This document shows positions 13,501 to 27,151 of a stretch of DNA of 64,000 bases, one piece after another. How positions within the stretch are numbered: the first letter of the stretch is position 1; the number at the start of each line of letters is the position of its first letter. Made by a program: the position numbers and the translations under genes. The notes under the pieces were generated by a model. That model saw only the letters and a list, made by a program, of their open reading frames with translations. It searched no databases and was not told the origin of the DNA. This DNA comes from Psilocybe cubensis (lineage: Eukaryota): positions 1,178,001-1,242,000 of the forward strand of contig CM039006.1 of assembly GCA_017499595.2 (NCBI GenBank), read 5' to 3'.

Positions 13501-15443
13501 AGGGTATGCTGGATGACAGCCCTGTCGAGTCATCTCCTGTCGGCGGTGCCGCCCAGCAACCACAGTACGGGACGATGCGCGGGCGGTCGAGTTCGGCTGC
13601 GGATCTGCTTGGGTTCCAGGGTGCGAGTATGGCGCCTGGCAAGCGGCCGAGTGCGATGAACCGCCGCGTGCCTCCGCCGTTGCTCAAGTCGGCGTCGGCG
13701 TCCGTGTTGAGGTCGGTGCAGTCTGCTGGGCCGGCGAGGAGCTTTGGGAATAGGATTGTCTCCCCTGGACATTTGCAGACTCATCCGCCGTATGATGGCC
13801 TGAAGCGCTCGGATTATGCACATGGACAGGCGCTTAGGTATGCGCAGTTCTCGGGTGGTGGATCTGGGAGTGAGATTGGGTCTGTGCCGTTGACGCCCAT
13901 TTCGCTGTCGTCGACGGATGAGGGTGTAGGTGGAGAAGAAGAAGAGGAGGAGGAGGAAGATTACGGAGTGGTGCTCAAGCGAGAAAGGACACATGAGGAT
14001 AAATGGCAGCGTGTCATTGGCACCCAGGCGTCTGTCGCTTCGTTACCCCACGCACAGGCACAGGCTCAGGCTCAGTTCCAGCAACATCAGCAGCAGCAGC
14101 AGCAGCATCAACAGGCTGTTCAGAACGTGCTGATGGCTCTCGCACCCAGCACCTCGCCCACTGTGCAGCGGCACCGGCTCAAGAGCATGCCATCGCTCGT
14201 CAAAGTCTCGTCGTCCTCCTCGGCAAAGTCTCTGCATGGTGGGATTGATCTCGCCTCGCCCACGTTGCCGCCTGTGCCCTCGTCCCCCCCGCACGCGGCG
14301 AAGAAGGGCTTCCGTGGGTTCGTCCAGCGCATGGGGCTCGGCAGCAGCAGCAGCAGCAGCCATTCGGCCTCACACACCCATCTCCCGGCCATGAACAGTG
14401 CGTCGTCGTCGTCCTCGGCAGGCCTGAACGTGGCCATCCCGCACGCGGCGTCGCGCTCGCGTATCCTGCTTACAAGCTCGCCGTCGCCGACTCACTCCCC
14501 TACGCACTCTACGAGCGGGTCGCTGGACGAGTTTATCGCGATCGCACAGCCGCCTACGACGGCGTCGAGCCCGTTGGCAGTGTCGATGCAGATGCACTCG
14601 CCCTCGTCCGTGTCGCTGCTTCAGCAGCAGCAACCGCCGTATTCCGCGCATTCGTCGGTGTCGCATACGCCTCTGACGCCCTCGACCCCGCAGACGCCCT
14701 ATACGCCGTTGACGCCCCAGTCGCAGATGCAGATGCAGAGCGCTGGAGGTAGCAGTGGAGGACTGTTGTCGTCCCTTAACCTGGCCAAGAACAAGGGTCC
14801 CAAGAGGAAGCTGGTCATCAGCGGTGTGGCCATGGGCGACTCGAAGGCACTCGAAGCTGTACAGAGCTGGTGCGAGGTATGTGTTCTTTGTTGGTGTATC
14901 TAATGCTTCCGAGTGCTGACTTTGGTGTTTTTTTCTTTCTTCCTTGCAGTCCTTTGGCGAAGTGAGCAAGATAACCAGAGCGCCTAATGGCAGCTTGTAT
15001 GTCGACTTCAAAAAGGCCAGCGTCGCAGAGACGGTACGTTTATTTTGTCCATTTTTTTTTGTTTGCGTGTTATTTTCGTGTGGTAGTGGGAAGGATCTGA
15101 AGGGAAAAATGATGGACTACGAGGCCCAAGGGTTATATGCCTGGACTCATGCAGTCAATTGGGTTCTTCGGTCCTTGCTGCTGTTGTCTCCTTGACGTTT
15201 AGGCGGGGTGGATCTATCAATAGCCATTGTTCTGTCAACGGGGGGTCTCAGTACCTCTGATCGTCTTCTTGCTATTATTCTCCTTGGCCACACCTCAATC
15301 TATCTATCAATTATACTCATCTCCATTCGGGTTGCTGATTGACGACTTATCCCGTGTAGGTGTGCCGGATTCAAGCGCAGGTGAACATCAAGGGCGCAGG
15401 CAGCGTGTCCATTGGCTGGTGCACAAAAAAGCCTACGTTGTAA
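7577..15443 (+). CDS. Very large (~2212 aa) Ser/Pro/Gln/His/Ala-rich disordered protein with a C-terminal RRM-like domain
   Basis: In-frame exons with GT-AG boundaries: 7577-8242, 8365-9446, 10154-14876, 14950-15033, 15360-15443 (6639 nt). C-terminus: KRKLVISGVAMGDSKALEAVQSWCE|SFGEVSKITRAPNGSLYVDFKKASVAET|VCRIQAQVNIKGAGSVSIGWCTKKPTL*. The start codon is not certain. Confidence 0.75.
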
Positions 15444-17382
15444 CGCATCCCGCCTCGTTCGACTAGAAACGCAGTCTAACCTTTCATGGCCCACTCGTCG
15501 ACTCGACTCAAAGCGGCGCAATACTAGCAACCGTCATCATTCATTCTTTCAAATAGTTCGCCCGCCCCCATCAGTGGATCATTTGCATCTCAATTATCAA
15601 CAACACAAAACAGTGCATTCCCCGTCTACATGCACACAGCCCAAAAGCATTTTTTTATCTCCTTTTCTTCACACATAATATTTATGCGCTTTCCTCTGTC
15701 TTGCACCCAAGTTTTCTTTCCACATAGACTTACCAACCCAAAATTCGAAAAGCAAGCAACAAAACAATCTAGACAAACCATCCATCATCAGATATTATTA
15801 TCTCTCATTGCATCCCATTCGCATCCATCGAGTCTCTCCGTTACTTTTTAATTCTGTTTTGACCCTATCGCTTCTTCGTCGATTCGCTTTTTTTTTTGTG
15901 TTCCTATAGTCTTATTCCTTTCGTCTTTCCTTTTCGCGTGTTTTTCTGTTGGGGCCTCTTGTCTCTCGCATTATCCTTTCTTCCTCTGTTTCATTTCGTA
16001 TTTGATATATCTTTTTGTGTTATATCGCTTTTCGCTTTCTTTCTTTTTTTTTTCATTCCATGCTAGCCAGCCTTTGGACGTCCATCCATTCATCCACACG
16101 CGCATCACCCTAGCACGCATCATTTTTCCGTATCATCATCACACCCACCACCACCGCACTAATTATCCATCGGTTTCGTCGAACCCGTCGATCCATCTCA
16201 CCGAGCACAGCCTATATCAGCTCCAATCAATTCCAAAGCACACTCATGCACACTCATTCATTCATAATCAGTCAACGAACCAACTTGTCTACTATGCGTC
16301 GTCAATCCGCACCACTATCATTTTCATAATATTTCATCTATCTACCTACCTGCATCACCACAGCATATTTTTTTTCCACATTCATTACTATCAATTTTTT
16401 TCGGTCAACTCTGGAATGGTCAGATTGGATCCGCCACGTTCATTTCGTCTCATTGTCGACCATCGACAGCTAATACTCTCCTTTTTTTTTGGCACGGCTC
16501 TGCTCGGTCGGGTCAGGTGTATCCATACACAACAAACACCCATAGTATCCAATAGGAAACCCTTACTATCCATCCATCCATCCATCGCGCTCGCGCCCAT
16601 AATTTGTGTCAGCCGATGATGCTTGTACAACACACACACACATACACAACCTCTACATACACCTACCCCCTACCCTACCCTACCTACTCTACACCATATT
16701 CGGCGGTGCAATAAAGCACTTGTTTTTGTAGAATCATCGACGTTCGACGTTACCTAACACCCCCTTGTGCTAATCCCCTCTACACTTACACTTCCTTTTA
16801 GGACCTTTTTGATGGTCCTTTTTTGTCAACATCGAATCGACAATCAATGCGTGTATCCATGGATTTCTTCTCGGCCTGCGTTTTCTTTTTTTTTTTTTTT
16901 GTTTTCTCCGTTCCTTTCCTTTCCTTTCTTTTTCCTTTCCTTTCCTTTTAATCCGTGTTTCCTTTTTGTGTGTTTACGAGGCCGTGTTTGTTGTATACAA
17001 AATATTTGTGTATATTAAACCCTACACCACGGTGCCACTCCCCTCGAAAGAAAATCTGTCTTAATTTTGTAGTACATACATACCTTTTTTGCCATTTTTT
17101 GTTGGCATTTTGTCTGTTTCTTTTTTTCTTTTCTTTTTGGCCTTGCCTTCTTTTTTTTTCTGTTTTTTTTTTTAATTTTGTATCGTTGTAGTTGAAATAT
17201 AAAATGAAGATGAATCTTGTGCTCGTTTATGGTGTGGATATGTGAATATGGCGTGTACTTAGGCTGAGGCTTTGAGGAGGCTTAGCACTTCAAATTCATT
17301 CACAATTTTATGTGACGACCGTATGTAATGTTCAGAAATAAATTCTCAAGTTCGTACATATTGACCGAGTTCATACATTACT

Positions 17383-18111
17383 TTACGAGGAGAAAGCACC
17401 GGAAGGGCAGAATCTAGATGCGTCATATTGTAAGTATATACACGGCGACAAATAGATTGACTCAAAATTGTACTCACGTTACAGTATAAGAGACTCCGGA
17501 AACCGGGCAGGAGTGGCCTGGGGGTGTAGTGTTAACGATGCCTGTTGGAGGCTGGGGCAATGCGTCGGTGCAGTCTGCATCATCGCAGCGAGCTACATCG
17601 CAGAATCCGTTGTTCTATATTATACACATAGTCTTAGCTATTTGCTTTAACCGCTCTGAGAATGTGGATTTAAGAACGTACACTAGGCGCGCTGGGGGTG
17701 ATGCTGATTCCAGCAGTGACACTGCGTTGTGGGAATGGCAACTTGGCAATATAGTAAGTGCTAGGCTAGACGATGCAATTCTAGGTTAGTTGCCGCCATT
17801 CATAATATGGAACCAGCCATTCAACGCCAAACACTCACGAATTGGAACCCGGCCTCGAGGCCGGAAATGTCGCTCTGGCCTGGAGTGGTAACGACGAAGG
17901 GGCCCGCGTTGTTTGTTGGTAGTGTCTTGGTCACGCTCTCTCCAGCAGCCAGTGTCCCGTCGCTTTGTCCACCGGTGCGGAGGGCCACTGTGCCCGGGCA
18001 ATTGTTCACAATCGTGTACTGTGCATCGGGAATGGTGGTCTGTGAGACCGCCGATCCTGCAAAAGCCAAAAGAAACAGAGCAAACTTCTTGGGAGAGAGA
18101 CTGGAAGACAT
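17383..18111 (-). CDS. Small secreted thaumatin-like protein (4 exons)
   Basis: Signal peptide (FALFLLAFAGSAVSQ), N-terminal YTIVNNCP, Cys-rich middle (FCDVARCDDADCTDA) and spliced C-terminus SYTVT|FCPSGAFSS*, matching the thaumatin NNC...YxVTFCP bracket. Confidence 0.7.
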
Positions 18112-19252
18112 GATGAGCTTTTGGGGTTTTTGACTCTTTGAATGAGGCTCACTGTAACCTTTTTATATAGTACAGTATAAAGTTTTATTCGTCATGGAGA
18201 TGGCTAACAAAATGTTCAGCGAGTGGAGCGGAATAGACTTCAACACGGTAAATGCAGACCGCCCGTTGGTCGGGTAAATAGTTGAGTCTTGCAGCGCTTG
18301 ATGCGACGAGGGTTGGCCATGTTCTGATTTTCAGTCCGCTGTATGTACGTATTCCCAGACTAGTAGTAGTACATAATCAGTCTATACACGCTAGTGACTC
18401 AGGCGGATTAGATCTTTCGCTAAGTGTTTTGTTGATTTTGATCTCGAAGTTTCAAACCCATGTGGCTTCAGGGATAATGACCTCATAAAACTATTCGAGT
18501 CATGGACCGTTTATTTTAAACCTTCAAACGGGACCCAAAAAATTCTTGAAAAACAAGATCCCAAAGCGAGTGAAGTCGGAGATTTCCAAATATGAAACCG
18601 TGGTGGCTGTGAGAAATGTATGTCAGTGTAGGTCCCATGCGGGATCTATTAGATGGCAGTGTAGCTCCTGCCAGTGTGGAGCTTAACTGAAATCATACTA
18701 TCTATTGTACCGCTTCTAATGTAGATGGACATGTAGCCCTCGGTCGGCAGAACTACCCCGCGCTTCCTAAATTCTGATGATGCGGACGCATCGCGGCGGT
18801 CTTCCGCAATACCTGATACATCGGAAATTCAGTTAATGATACGGCATTTAAATTGCATAATCGTTATGTTTATACCGAATCATGCATTGACCTAGGCGTG
18901 TTAGCCAAAAGGTGAGCAATAAACTTGTTTATAGACCATATCATTCCTTTGTGCTTCCAAAGGTTGTACTTTGAACTTTGTCTCCCCAAAATGGTATCCA
19001 TTTTACCATGTTTGGTATAAAGAAATCAGATGCACATTATGCGCACTGCCATTCAAACTCCTTTGATCTGGAAAATATTTGTCCTGAAACAGCAAACATG
19101 GATAGTGACAACGATTAATAAAATACACTATACACGTAGATATTGCTTCAGAACACATAAAAAATCAATTATGTAGAGCAATGTTCAATAAATGTCCATA
19201 TACATAGTCCAAGGAGGCAATTTGCAGCAAAATACCTCGTAACGTTGATACT

Positions 19253-20548
19253 TCAAGCTTCGGTGGTCCAAACTTGGTTCTGGTTACCATTGGAACATTG
19301 CCAAGTTTGTACCTGATTGGAGTTTGTCAAATCGCCATTCGTGAGATCGAGGCATTGACCTGAGGGCGCAATATGAGGCCTACGGAAGCATTGAATAGCT
19401 ACAAAATGCATACCGGATCCAATGAGGGTAAGGGCTCCACTTGGTAGTTTATTCCACTGTTGCGCAACAAGATCATCGTAGCAGGTCCATATCTTCATGC
19501 CTGTTCCGCTAGATGGATCTGATAAAGGGTATGGGTCAGCATGGGTCAGGGACGTTGTTTACGGCACGAAAGCGCACTGCTTGAGGTTGCATCCAAACAG
19601 AAGTTTGTCCCTGCAAGCTTGACCTTCGTGGGGCCATCACCAAGAGTCCATTTCTGGGCGCCTGTTCCGTTGCAATCATATCTGTATATAGACAAGTAAG
19701 CTAAGCGAACTTGAGTCTGGAACTTGAAATAACGAACATTTGCACAGGTGTTCCGTTAGCCTGTACGTTGCCACGAACATCTAAGCACTTTGATTTATTG
19801 GCAGCCGGATGAATCGCGACAGTAGGTGGGGCAGGGATGGGAAGTCGCCCAGAAGGGCAAAAACTAAATGTTTCTGGTCAGAAATCGTCTTGGTCGAGAA
19901 GCAAAAACGTATGCACGTCACAGAGAACGAGAGATTAGGCTTTACGCAAGAGTGGAGAGGCCTCAATGCTGGAGTTGTTGTCTGGTCCGAGAGGTTTGAC
20001 TGTGTTGTTGAGAAAGCATCCGTGCAATTGAAATTCTCGCAACGAATATCGTCACAAAATCCGTTTTCCTTCGACGACCATTTAAAAAGTTAAAATATGT
20101 AGAAAGGACATTCAAACTTACTGAGCTGTAATTAGGTCCGACAAAAACACCAACGTTGAATTGTTCGGGATTTTTGACAACGTAGTAGAGTCCTGCCTAT
20201 GAGCATTAAATCGATATGAGTAATTGGAGAGTCAAAGTTTGAACTTCTGCTACTCACGTTGGGGTCACTGTTCCCAAAGAACCGCACAGTAGTACCAAGA
20301 ATATCAGTTCCATTCTGCGTAGTGGCGGCAATACCGCCGACGTTAGGCCCTAGATCTCTGACGATCTTAGCGCCAACGTGCAGAGTGCTGTCATAATTGG
20401 CGTTAATGTAAAGACGCAGTGGAACAGGACAGTTGTTGCCAATTTGGTAGGAGCGACTTGGGGTAGTTTGAGCTGTCGTTTTCCCGGCAAAAGCCAGGAA
20501 GATCAGCATGCCAAAGACTGAGCTCTTTACAGAAAGGTAACAAGGCAT
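19253..20548 (-). CDS. Secreted thaumatin-like domain + ricin B-type lectin (CBM13) fusion protein
   Basis: Signal peptide, YQIGNNCP ... FCPSG, Pro-rich linker, then KCLDVRGNVQANGTPVQI, MKIWTCYDDLVAQQW and QCLDLTNGDLTNSNQVQTWQCSNGNQNQVW (three QxW repeats). Multiple GT-AG introns. Confidence 0.8.
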
Positions 20549-21538
20549 TGAAAATAATTGGGGTAGGATAGATATTGCCATATTTTTGAAGACTTTATAT
20601 GATTGACAGAGGATCCGAAGCCTGTGTGACATGAACTGTAAACCGATGACACTAATTGACATAGATCGTTCGAGAGGGCTCCACGGTCAATTGATATCCG
20701 AATATAATCGGAGGTACTGCAAAACATCGCTGCTTTCACTGTCCTCTGAAGCAGTATGTATCGGATCTTTCTTCAAGGTATCTCATTATCTAGTTTGATG
20801 AAAGTATGGATGTCCGCTATATAATCGCCAAACCGAATTACAATGAATGGTAACAGACCTTTGGCTACCACATGACCATCAGGCGGGGCTCTAGCCTCCA
20901 GGCTGGATGAACCGTTTGCTTGTAGTCATCACTCCGATTTCAATCGCCAAAAACCTCTCTACGTATCATCTATGCCTTCTGAAGCGGGGATTCTTCACCG
21001 AACAAATACCAAATGAATAGGGTTGGCCACGCCGGAAATTTGAAATGAAACATCCTGCACATCGTGTGGTGAATGAAGTCCGCTCGCGTACCTTTCTATC
21101 TATGTGAGCTTCTACTCAGCCTCTCACAAAACCTCGTCCCTTTGGTTTGTCCTTCTAGAATCAAGTTGCCAATGAGCAATGGTATGTGGTACGGCGTCGA
21201 AACTGTACATCGTACATTCTGCTGTGCAGTCTGGAAGATGTGTGAGGTTGGAGCTAAGAGAGTACCACTCTCTGGCCTCAAGCGGTAAACTTGCGCCAAA
21301 GAGTAAACGTAAACATGTAATGGAAGTGAATGGAAAGCTGGTCGGCCTTTGGCCCTTTGCCACACTTGGTGATGTTTGTCGGCAATTTGCGATCAGTATC
21401 ACGTGATACCGGTTCCGCCTGGTAGTTTTGTCGTCCCTCGTCATTCCATCATCTCCCGGCATACCCAGTACTTACAAGTATTTGCAGCTAGACTGCCAAT
21501 CAAGCACTTCAGGAATCCACATACCATATCATGGTTCC

Positions 21539-22191
21539 ATGCTTCTCGCCTGCAGAACACGATATCTCACTATCAACATTTGTTCGCGTTCGATAACAAC
21601 ACCCAGTAATTACAATCATGGTGCAATATCAGACGGGACGAAAGCAGCCACTCATCGCAGAAAACCTGCTCGAGGAGGCCAGAATCTATCAGACAGGTAT
21701 ATACGCCTAGAGAAGTCTCTTAGAGGAAAAGATACCATTTCACGGGAAATTGATGGTCTTGTTCATCCGGACCCTGAATCCCCGAGGTCGAGACGGAGTC
21801 AAGATCCAGTACGCCTGTTCCATGGATATGTGGTTCCAGAAGAGCCGAAGCCTCCAGCAGATGATGGTATGTTCTGTTCTATATGTTACGAGGGAAGTAA
21901 ATTGAGTATATCTCTTGTATAGAATGTTGCATGTCTGGCTGTGCCGTCTGCGTTTACGACCTGTACGAAGAATCCCTTGAAGCATATCACGGAGCCATAG
22001 CGCAACTTCGGGACAATCTTACCGCAAAAAATATCCCCGAAAGCGACTGGCCTTTACATATACGCAACAAAAAGCTTGATATCCGTGTAGAGAAGAGAAA
22101 GGACACCATTCTGAGCGCATTCGAGGAAATGGAGCGTAACCTTCAGCTGAAAAAACAGCAGGCAGATCCAGGAGCTGTTTTACCGAGTTAG
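21539..22191 (+). CDS. Oxidoreductase-like N-terminal domain protein (OXLD1/UPF0651-like, probably mitochondrial)
   Basis: Spliced motif VPEEPKPPADD|ECCMSGCAVCVYDLYEE across intron 21867-21922; Arg-rich presequence-like N-terminus. Confidence 0.8.
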
Positions 22192-22754
22192 TATACTGAT
22201 ATTATACATATGCATTACATCTAATAGGTTATCATATCCCATGCAAACTATAGACGACTCCAACATCGGTGCAGGCAAGCGGAACCAAACTGTGGTGAAT
22301 ATGAAAAGCGCACCTCGGGACTCGATCTTCAGTGAAATATACCACGGTGCTAGATGGCTGCTGTTTAGCGGTCGCTGAAAACAAGTGATCTTTTCTCGTC
22401 GTTTTGGTCAATTCTTGCTCAGCGCAAGTATGCTTCGTTCAGTCGCATACTGTGGTAGAAGCCATCATGACCAATGACAGGTTTCGAAAAGTGACTCAAA
22501 TGGTCAGTAATATTCGAAATACGAGTACGACCACCGAAGACGGCATCTACCGTCAAGCTTGATACACTTTTCAAATTTCAGTCCTTATCAGAAGGTTCGT
22601 GCCAGTGCATATGAAAGTAAATTGGACCTAAAATTGAGTCCAATCGAATTGTAGAACCTCAAGAACGGGGCAAGGGTATTAATATGACTGAACACTGTAT
22701 TAGACTTTTTGACTCAGAAATGAAGGGAGTCCTCGAAGCAGCGTAGGAAGAGCG

Positions 22755-24938
22755 TTACTCTACCCCCGTACGGATGAGAACCTCCGCTCTCTTGTCGCGA
22801 GGCTCGAAAATACACTTGAATGGCTTTGGTTGGCTTTTCGGACAGTAAGCACAACATAAAAGAATTGGGATTCTCAACTTACAAAGTAACAGAAGGGTGA
22901 TACTCGGCTGTGGGTTGGATTTCGCACCCAGTGTGATCCTTGCTTGGACGAATGTTGAAGGTCGATAGAATAGATGCAGCCACGATCCATTGCAGGCCGT
23001 GAGCGATGTCAATCCCAGGGCAGATTCTAGATCAACGATTGTCAGAACTTTGCAGACTAAGTATAAAGGTACAATTACCGTCTCCCAAATCCGAAAGCGA
23101 TTGTTGATGGATCACGTACTGATAAATCGGGATAGCCATTCTTGAGGAAACGGTCAGGATTAAATACATCGGGTTTGGCGTACACCTGTTCGTCGTGGAG
23201 CATTGCCCTATTGACAACAACAAATATCCTCAAATTCTACAATGACAATGGAGTGACATGTTTCACTTACCAAGCGTTGGCGATGACAACAGAGCATTTA
23301 GGTATATGAAACCCCTTATATTCATCATCTTTTTCTATAAAATGTGGGATACCTAATCCATCCAAAATCGACCAATACTTCGTTAGCGACATAATCATTC
23401 GGAACGGGTGGATTAAAAACACCTAGGGGTCCACTGGGACGCCATCTGATGGATGACACATTCAGCTCTGAGAAGGTTGAAGAGTGGTCTGAGAGAACAG
23501 ACCATACCTGTGAACCTCTTTCAAGACTGCATCAAGATACGGCAAATGCGGTTGATCGCTGAAATCCGGGAACCGAGCTCTGCCCACAATCCGGTCGAGT
23601 TCTTCTTGGGCCTTCGTCTGTACTTCAGGAAAGCAGAGCATCGCCAGAACGAAAGTATGTAATGAAGAATTTACGGTACTTGAGCCACCTACATATTGTC
23701 GGAGTAAGTAGCCAATCCACTGATCGACGTGGGTAGTAAAATGTACCAATAAAAATTATCGATGCAACATCTTTTATGATTGTATGATGGCGTGTATTAT
23801 CATCTGAAGAAGTAATGTTCTCCAGCGCTTTAGAGACAAACGAAGGTTGCGCCATTCCGTCTACCTATCATTAAAAGTCAGGATTTTCAGACTTCTAAAG
23901 ATCACTGGCTCACTCACCATTGATTTCTGAGTGTTCCAGAAAGGGTCATCTCGGAATCTCGACGCGAGTTCTTTCCACTGTAACGCAGTCCTCTTGAAAA
24001 TCACCGAGGGTATTATGTAGGGCAAAATTGGGTTCAATGAGGGCATCACATCGGCAACCATAGTAGAAATTAGCGCAGCATCTGACAGACACTCCGCCAC
24101 CTCTTCGGCGATTTTGATGAACTGGTTTCCAACAGACTCCGTTTCACCACCATACGCTATAGAATGAAGTGTACTCCCCACACAACTATGCCAAATTCAG
24201 CGTGATGAATCCAAACCAGTTCATTGACAAGACTGACTGTCTGATATGATCCATAAACCCCTCTGGATGTGCGAGGAGATTTTCAAGGAGTCGACGACTG
24301 TACTTAAGCTCATGGTCTTTGTGCAAATAATCGTTGCTTGGATGAAAATGACGCAGGAAAAGGCGACGGCGTTCTTTCCAAGCTGGTCCATACGGCATGA
24401 ATGGCATCAGCCAAGAAAACCCCATGCTTCCGTCGGGCATAAACGACGCTCATCAGCCTGGAACGATAGTCAATAGGGTGCAGGCAAAACTTACACATCA
24501 TTCAATATCGTAAATTTGGGACTGGTGTATTGATGACATCAAGGATCAGCGTTGGTATTTTTCAAGTCACATCGCACATACCGATCAGAGTAGATAGCAG
24601 AACGCCTTTCCAAAAGATCGCGAACAGCTTCCAGTGAGTTTAGGACGATTATCGAGTGTCCAGCGACGCTCAAATGAAGAATGTCAGAATCTGTTATTTA
24701 TTAGGCCCCGCCTCCAAAAAAATTTGTCCAACAAACTATATTTTTTCCCCCATGTCTGAAACGTTTCCCATTGGAATTTCAAGGGACAGTCAAGCAAGTT
24801 TCCCAGAAGTGGGAGCTTTGGAGGACCAGGAGGCAGAGGTAGACGGGATTTTGACCTTTGTTTGAAGACAAAAAATCCCAAGATGGCTAAGGGGATGATT
24901 GCCGCCACAATAAGTTGCGGCTCCAACTTGACGCCCAT
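22755..24938 (-). CDS. Cytochrome P450 (CYP64-clan/OrdA-like, multi-exon)
   Basis: N-terminal TM helix, PPGPPKLPLLGNL, SAIYSDR, I-helix IG|GSST, EVQTKAQEELDRIVG, KEVHR (ExxR), PDRF, heme motif FGFGR|RICPG. Confidence 0.92.
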
Positions 24939-25658
24939 ATGTATAGACAAGAGTGCGTAAGTGCCTCGGTATATCTTGCTACGCTGGCAAACAAAAGCCT
25001 TTATACATCGTTAGTGCCTCGTTTGTCCGAAGAAAGCGCCGCACGTGTGTGTGTCTGTGTGTGTGTTGCGATTCAAGAGAAGCGACTTAGATGAGATCAG
25101 CATCGAAATGCAAAGCTGCGACTCACGAGGAAGGTAATATGACAGACGACTTCGCTAGGAAAGGAACTCCAGGCGAGTCCATTGATCCTGAAAAGGTTAT
25201 CCGCCGTGATTTTAAACCGTATGGACCTATTTAGAGAAGCGGGGATAGACAGCAGACGTGAGGTAGAACAGCGGCGTGGAAAGTTCCCATTGCGAAGCCA
25301 TGATTCATCCGTGGATGTCGCCTGTCGTCGCTCATTCCCTGGCTTGATACAGGTAAAATTGACTCAGTAACATGTGTTTTGCATTTGATTCTAACTTTTA
25401 AACTTGTTTGGGAGTTGTGGGCTCATTGGCGTTGGTGAGCTTATATAGAAATGTAGCCTAAATTACACCGTGGAATTTAGGATTGGTGATGTGTCCCTCT
25501 CTGTTAGTCGTTGGCCGCCTAGTTAAATGACGAAAATATTTGAAAAAAAAACCATGTTTTGGAGAAAAGAAAAAGCCATACATTGCAGCATTCAGAGTTA
25601 TACGAATTAAGCTACAAACCGATTACTTCATGTTCATCGACGACGATGAGTAGATATT

Positions 25659-27151
25659 TTAAGATTTTACAAGGGGACGAATGGGCTGTGCCATGGGTCG
25701 CATGTCTATATGCGCAGACGCTGATACAAGATGAACGGGCTGAGTACCATTCCCCTGTCGTAATGTTTGGACGGCTGTAGGAAGAAATAATAACAAACAC
25801 ACTCACAATAAACGTAGAAGGGAACCCGGGATCAAATTCGACCACACTCTCCAAGAATTGGATTTGTTTATCACTTAATGTGATGTTCAATGCCTCAATG
25901 TTGCTCAGCAGGTGCTCGACTTTGCGCCCACCGACAATAGGGAACACGTATGTGGTCTTTTGCATCAGATACGCAATCGCGACTAGAAGAATATAAAATC
26001 AGCCTTGCATGATGACGCACTGAAGTTAGCGCACTGAAGTTAGATACTTACCAGCAGTAATGCTTTTTGTCCCCACCTCTGAAGCAACCTGCTCCAAGGC
26101 CTTGCAAACCTTCTTCTCCTTGTCGGTTCGTTCCCAGTGGGGATCGAAAGTGGTTCGTCCCTTCTCCCCGGTTTTTCGGCGTCTCTCTTCTTCAGCGTCC
26201 GTTCTAATCTTGCCGGCGGCCAGAACATTCCAAGGGGCCAATGCCATGCCTAAAAAGAAATAAAAAGTAGTGATTAAGCAACAATAAAATTGTACCAAAG
26301 GGTGATGCTACCTTCAGCTCGAGCCATCGGAATAATTTCTCGTTCAAAGGAACGTTCCATGACGTTCCAAGCTCCTTGGTAAATAACAAAGGGAGTCAAT
26401 GCATGGTCACGAGCGTATTGATTTGCTTTGGAAACGACCCAAGCCGGTGTGTCAGATACCCCCTTTGGCGCAATAGTCAGATGGAGGAGGACATAACATA
26501 ATAAAGGTGAATTACCAGGTAAAGGACTTTGCCTTGCACTACAAGATTATGCAAGCTCTTCATGACTTCCTCAATACTCGTATCCCAGTCCCACCAGTGA
26601 AGATACAAAAGATCAATGTAGTTGGTGCGCAACTTCTTGAGCGACGCATTGACAGAAATACGCAATGACTTGGAATTGTTCCCGACATATAGAACCTGCT
26701 GAGGGACTGAGTCGTTGTGCATCTTGAAGTCAGTGGTGTACTGGGAATGTGATCAATTATGTGTGCGTAATAGCAAGCCAACGGAGATCGCACTTTTGTT
26801 GCGATAAAAAGTTGGTCTCTGATGCGACGCTTTTCTGCCCATTCACCGATGAACATTTCGGAGGTCTCATCCTGACTGTCAACGAGTCAAATCCATGATA
26901 TTGCAGAACAAGCATTGAACTCACTAATTGTTCGCAGTGTCAATGAAATTGCCTCCATTGTCATAGAAGGCATCGAGAAGTTTAAAACTGCTTTCTTTAT
27001 CCATTGTTCCCATACCGAACTTATCCCACTTATCACCGATGCTCATTGCTCCCAGAGCAATAGGAGAGACATGCACGCCTGCGTTCGGAGACAAAAGTCG
27101 GTATCGGCCAAGGTTGGTCTTTGGAGGGGGTGGCGGTTGCATGAATGACAT
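25659..27151 (-). CDS. Aldo/keto reductase, aryl-alcohol dehydrogenase type
   Basis: [77 protein letters not shown]; last exon GNGTQ...PIRPLVKS*. Confidence 0.92.

Noticed and set aside
22755-27151. P450 + aryl-alcohol dehydrogenase as a secondary-metabolite cluster
   Set aside because: No backbone enzyme (PKS, NRPS, terpene synthase), transporter or regulator nearby; both families are abundant in agarics.
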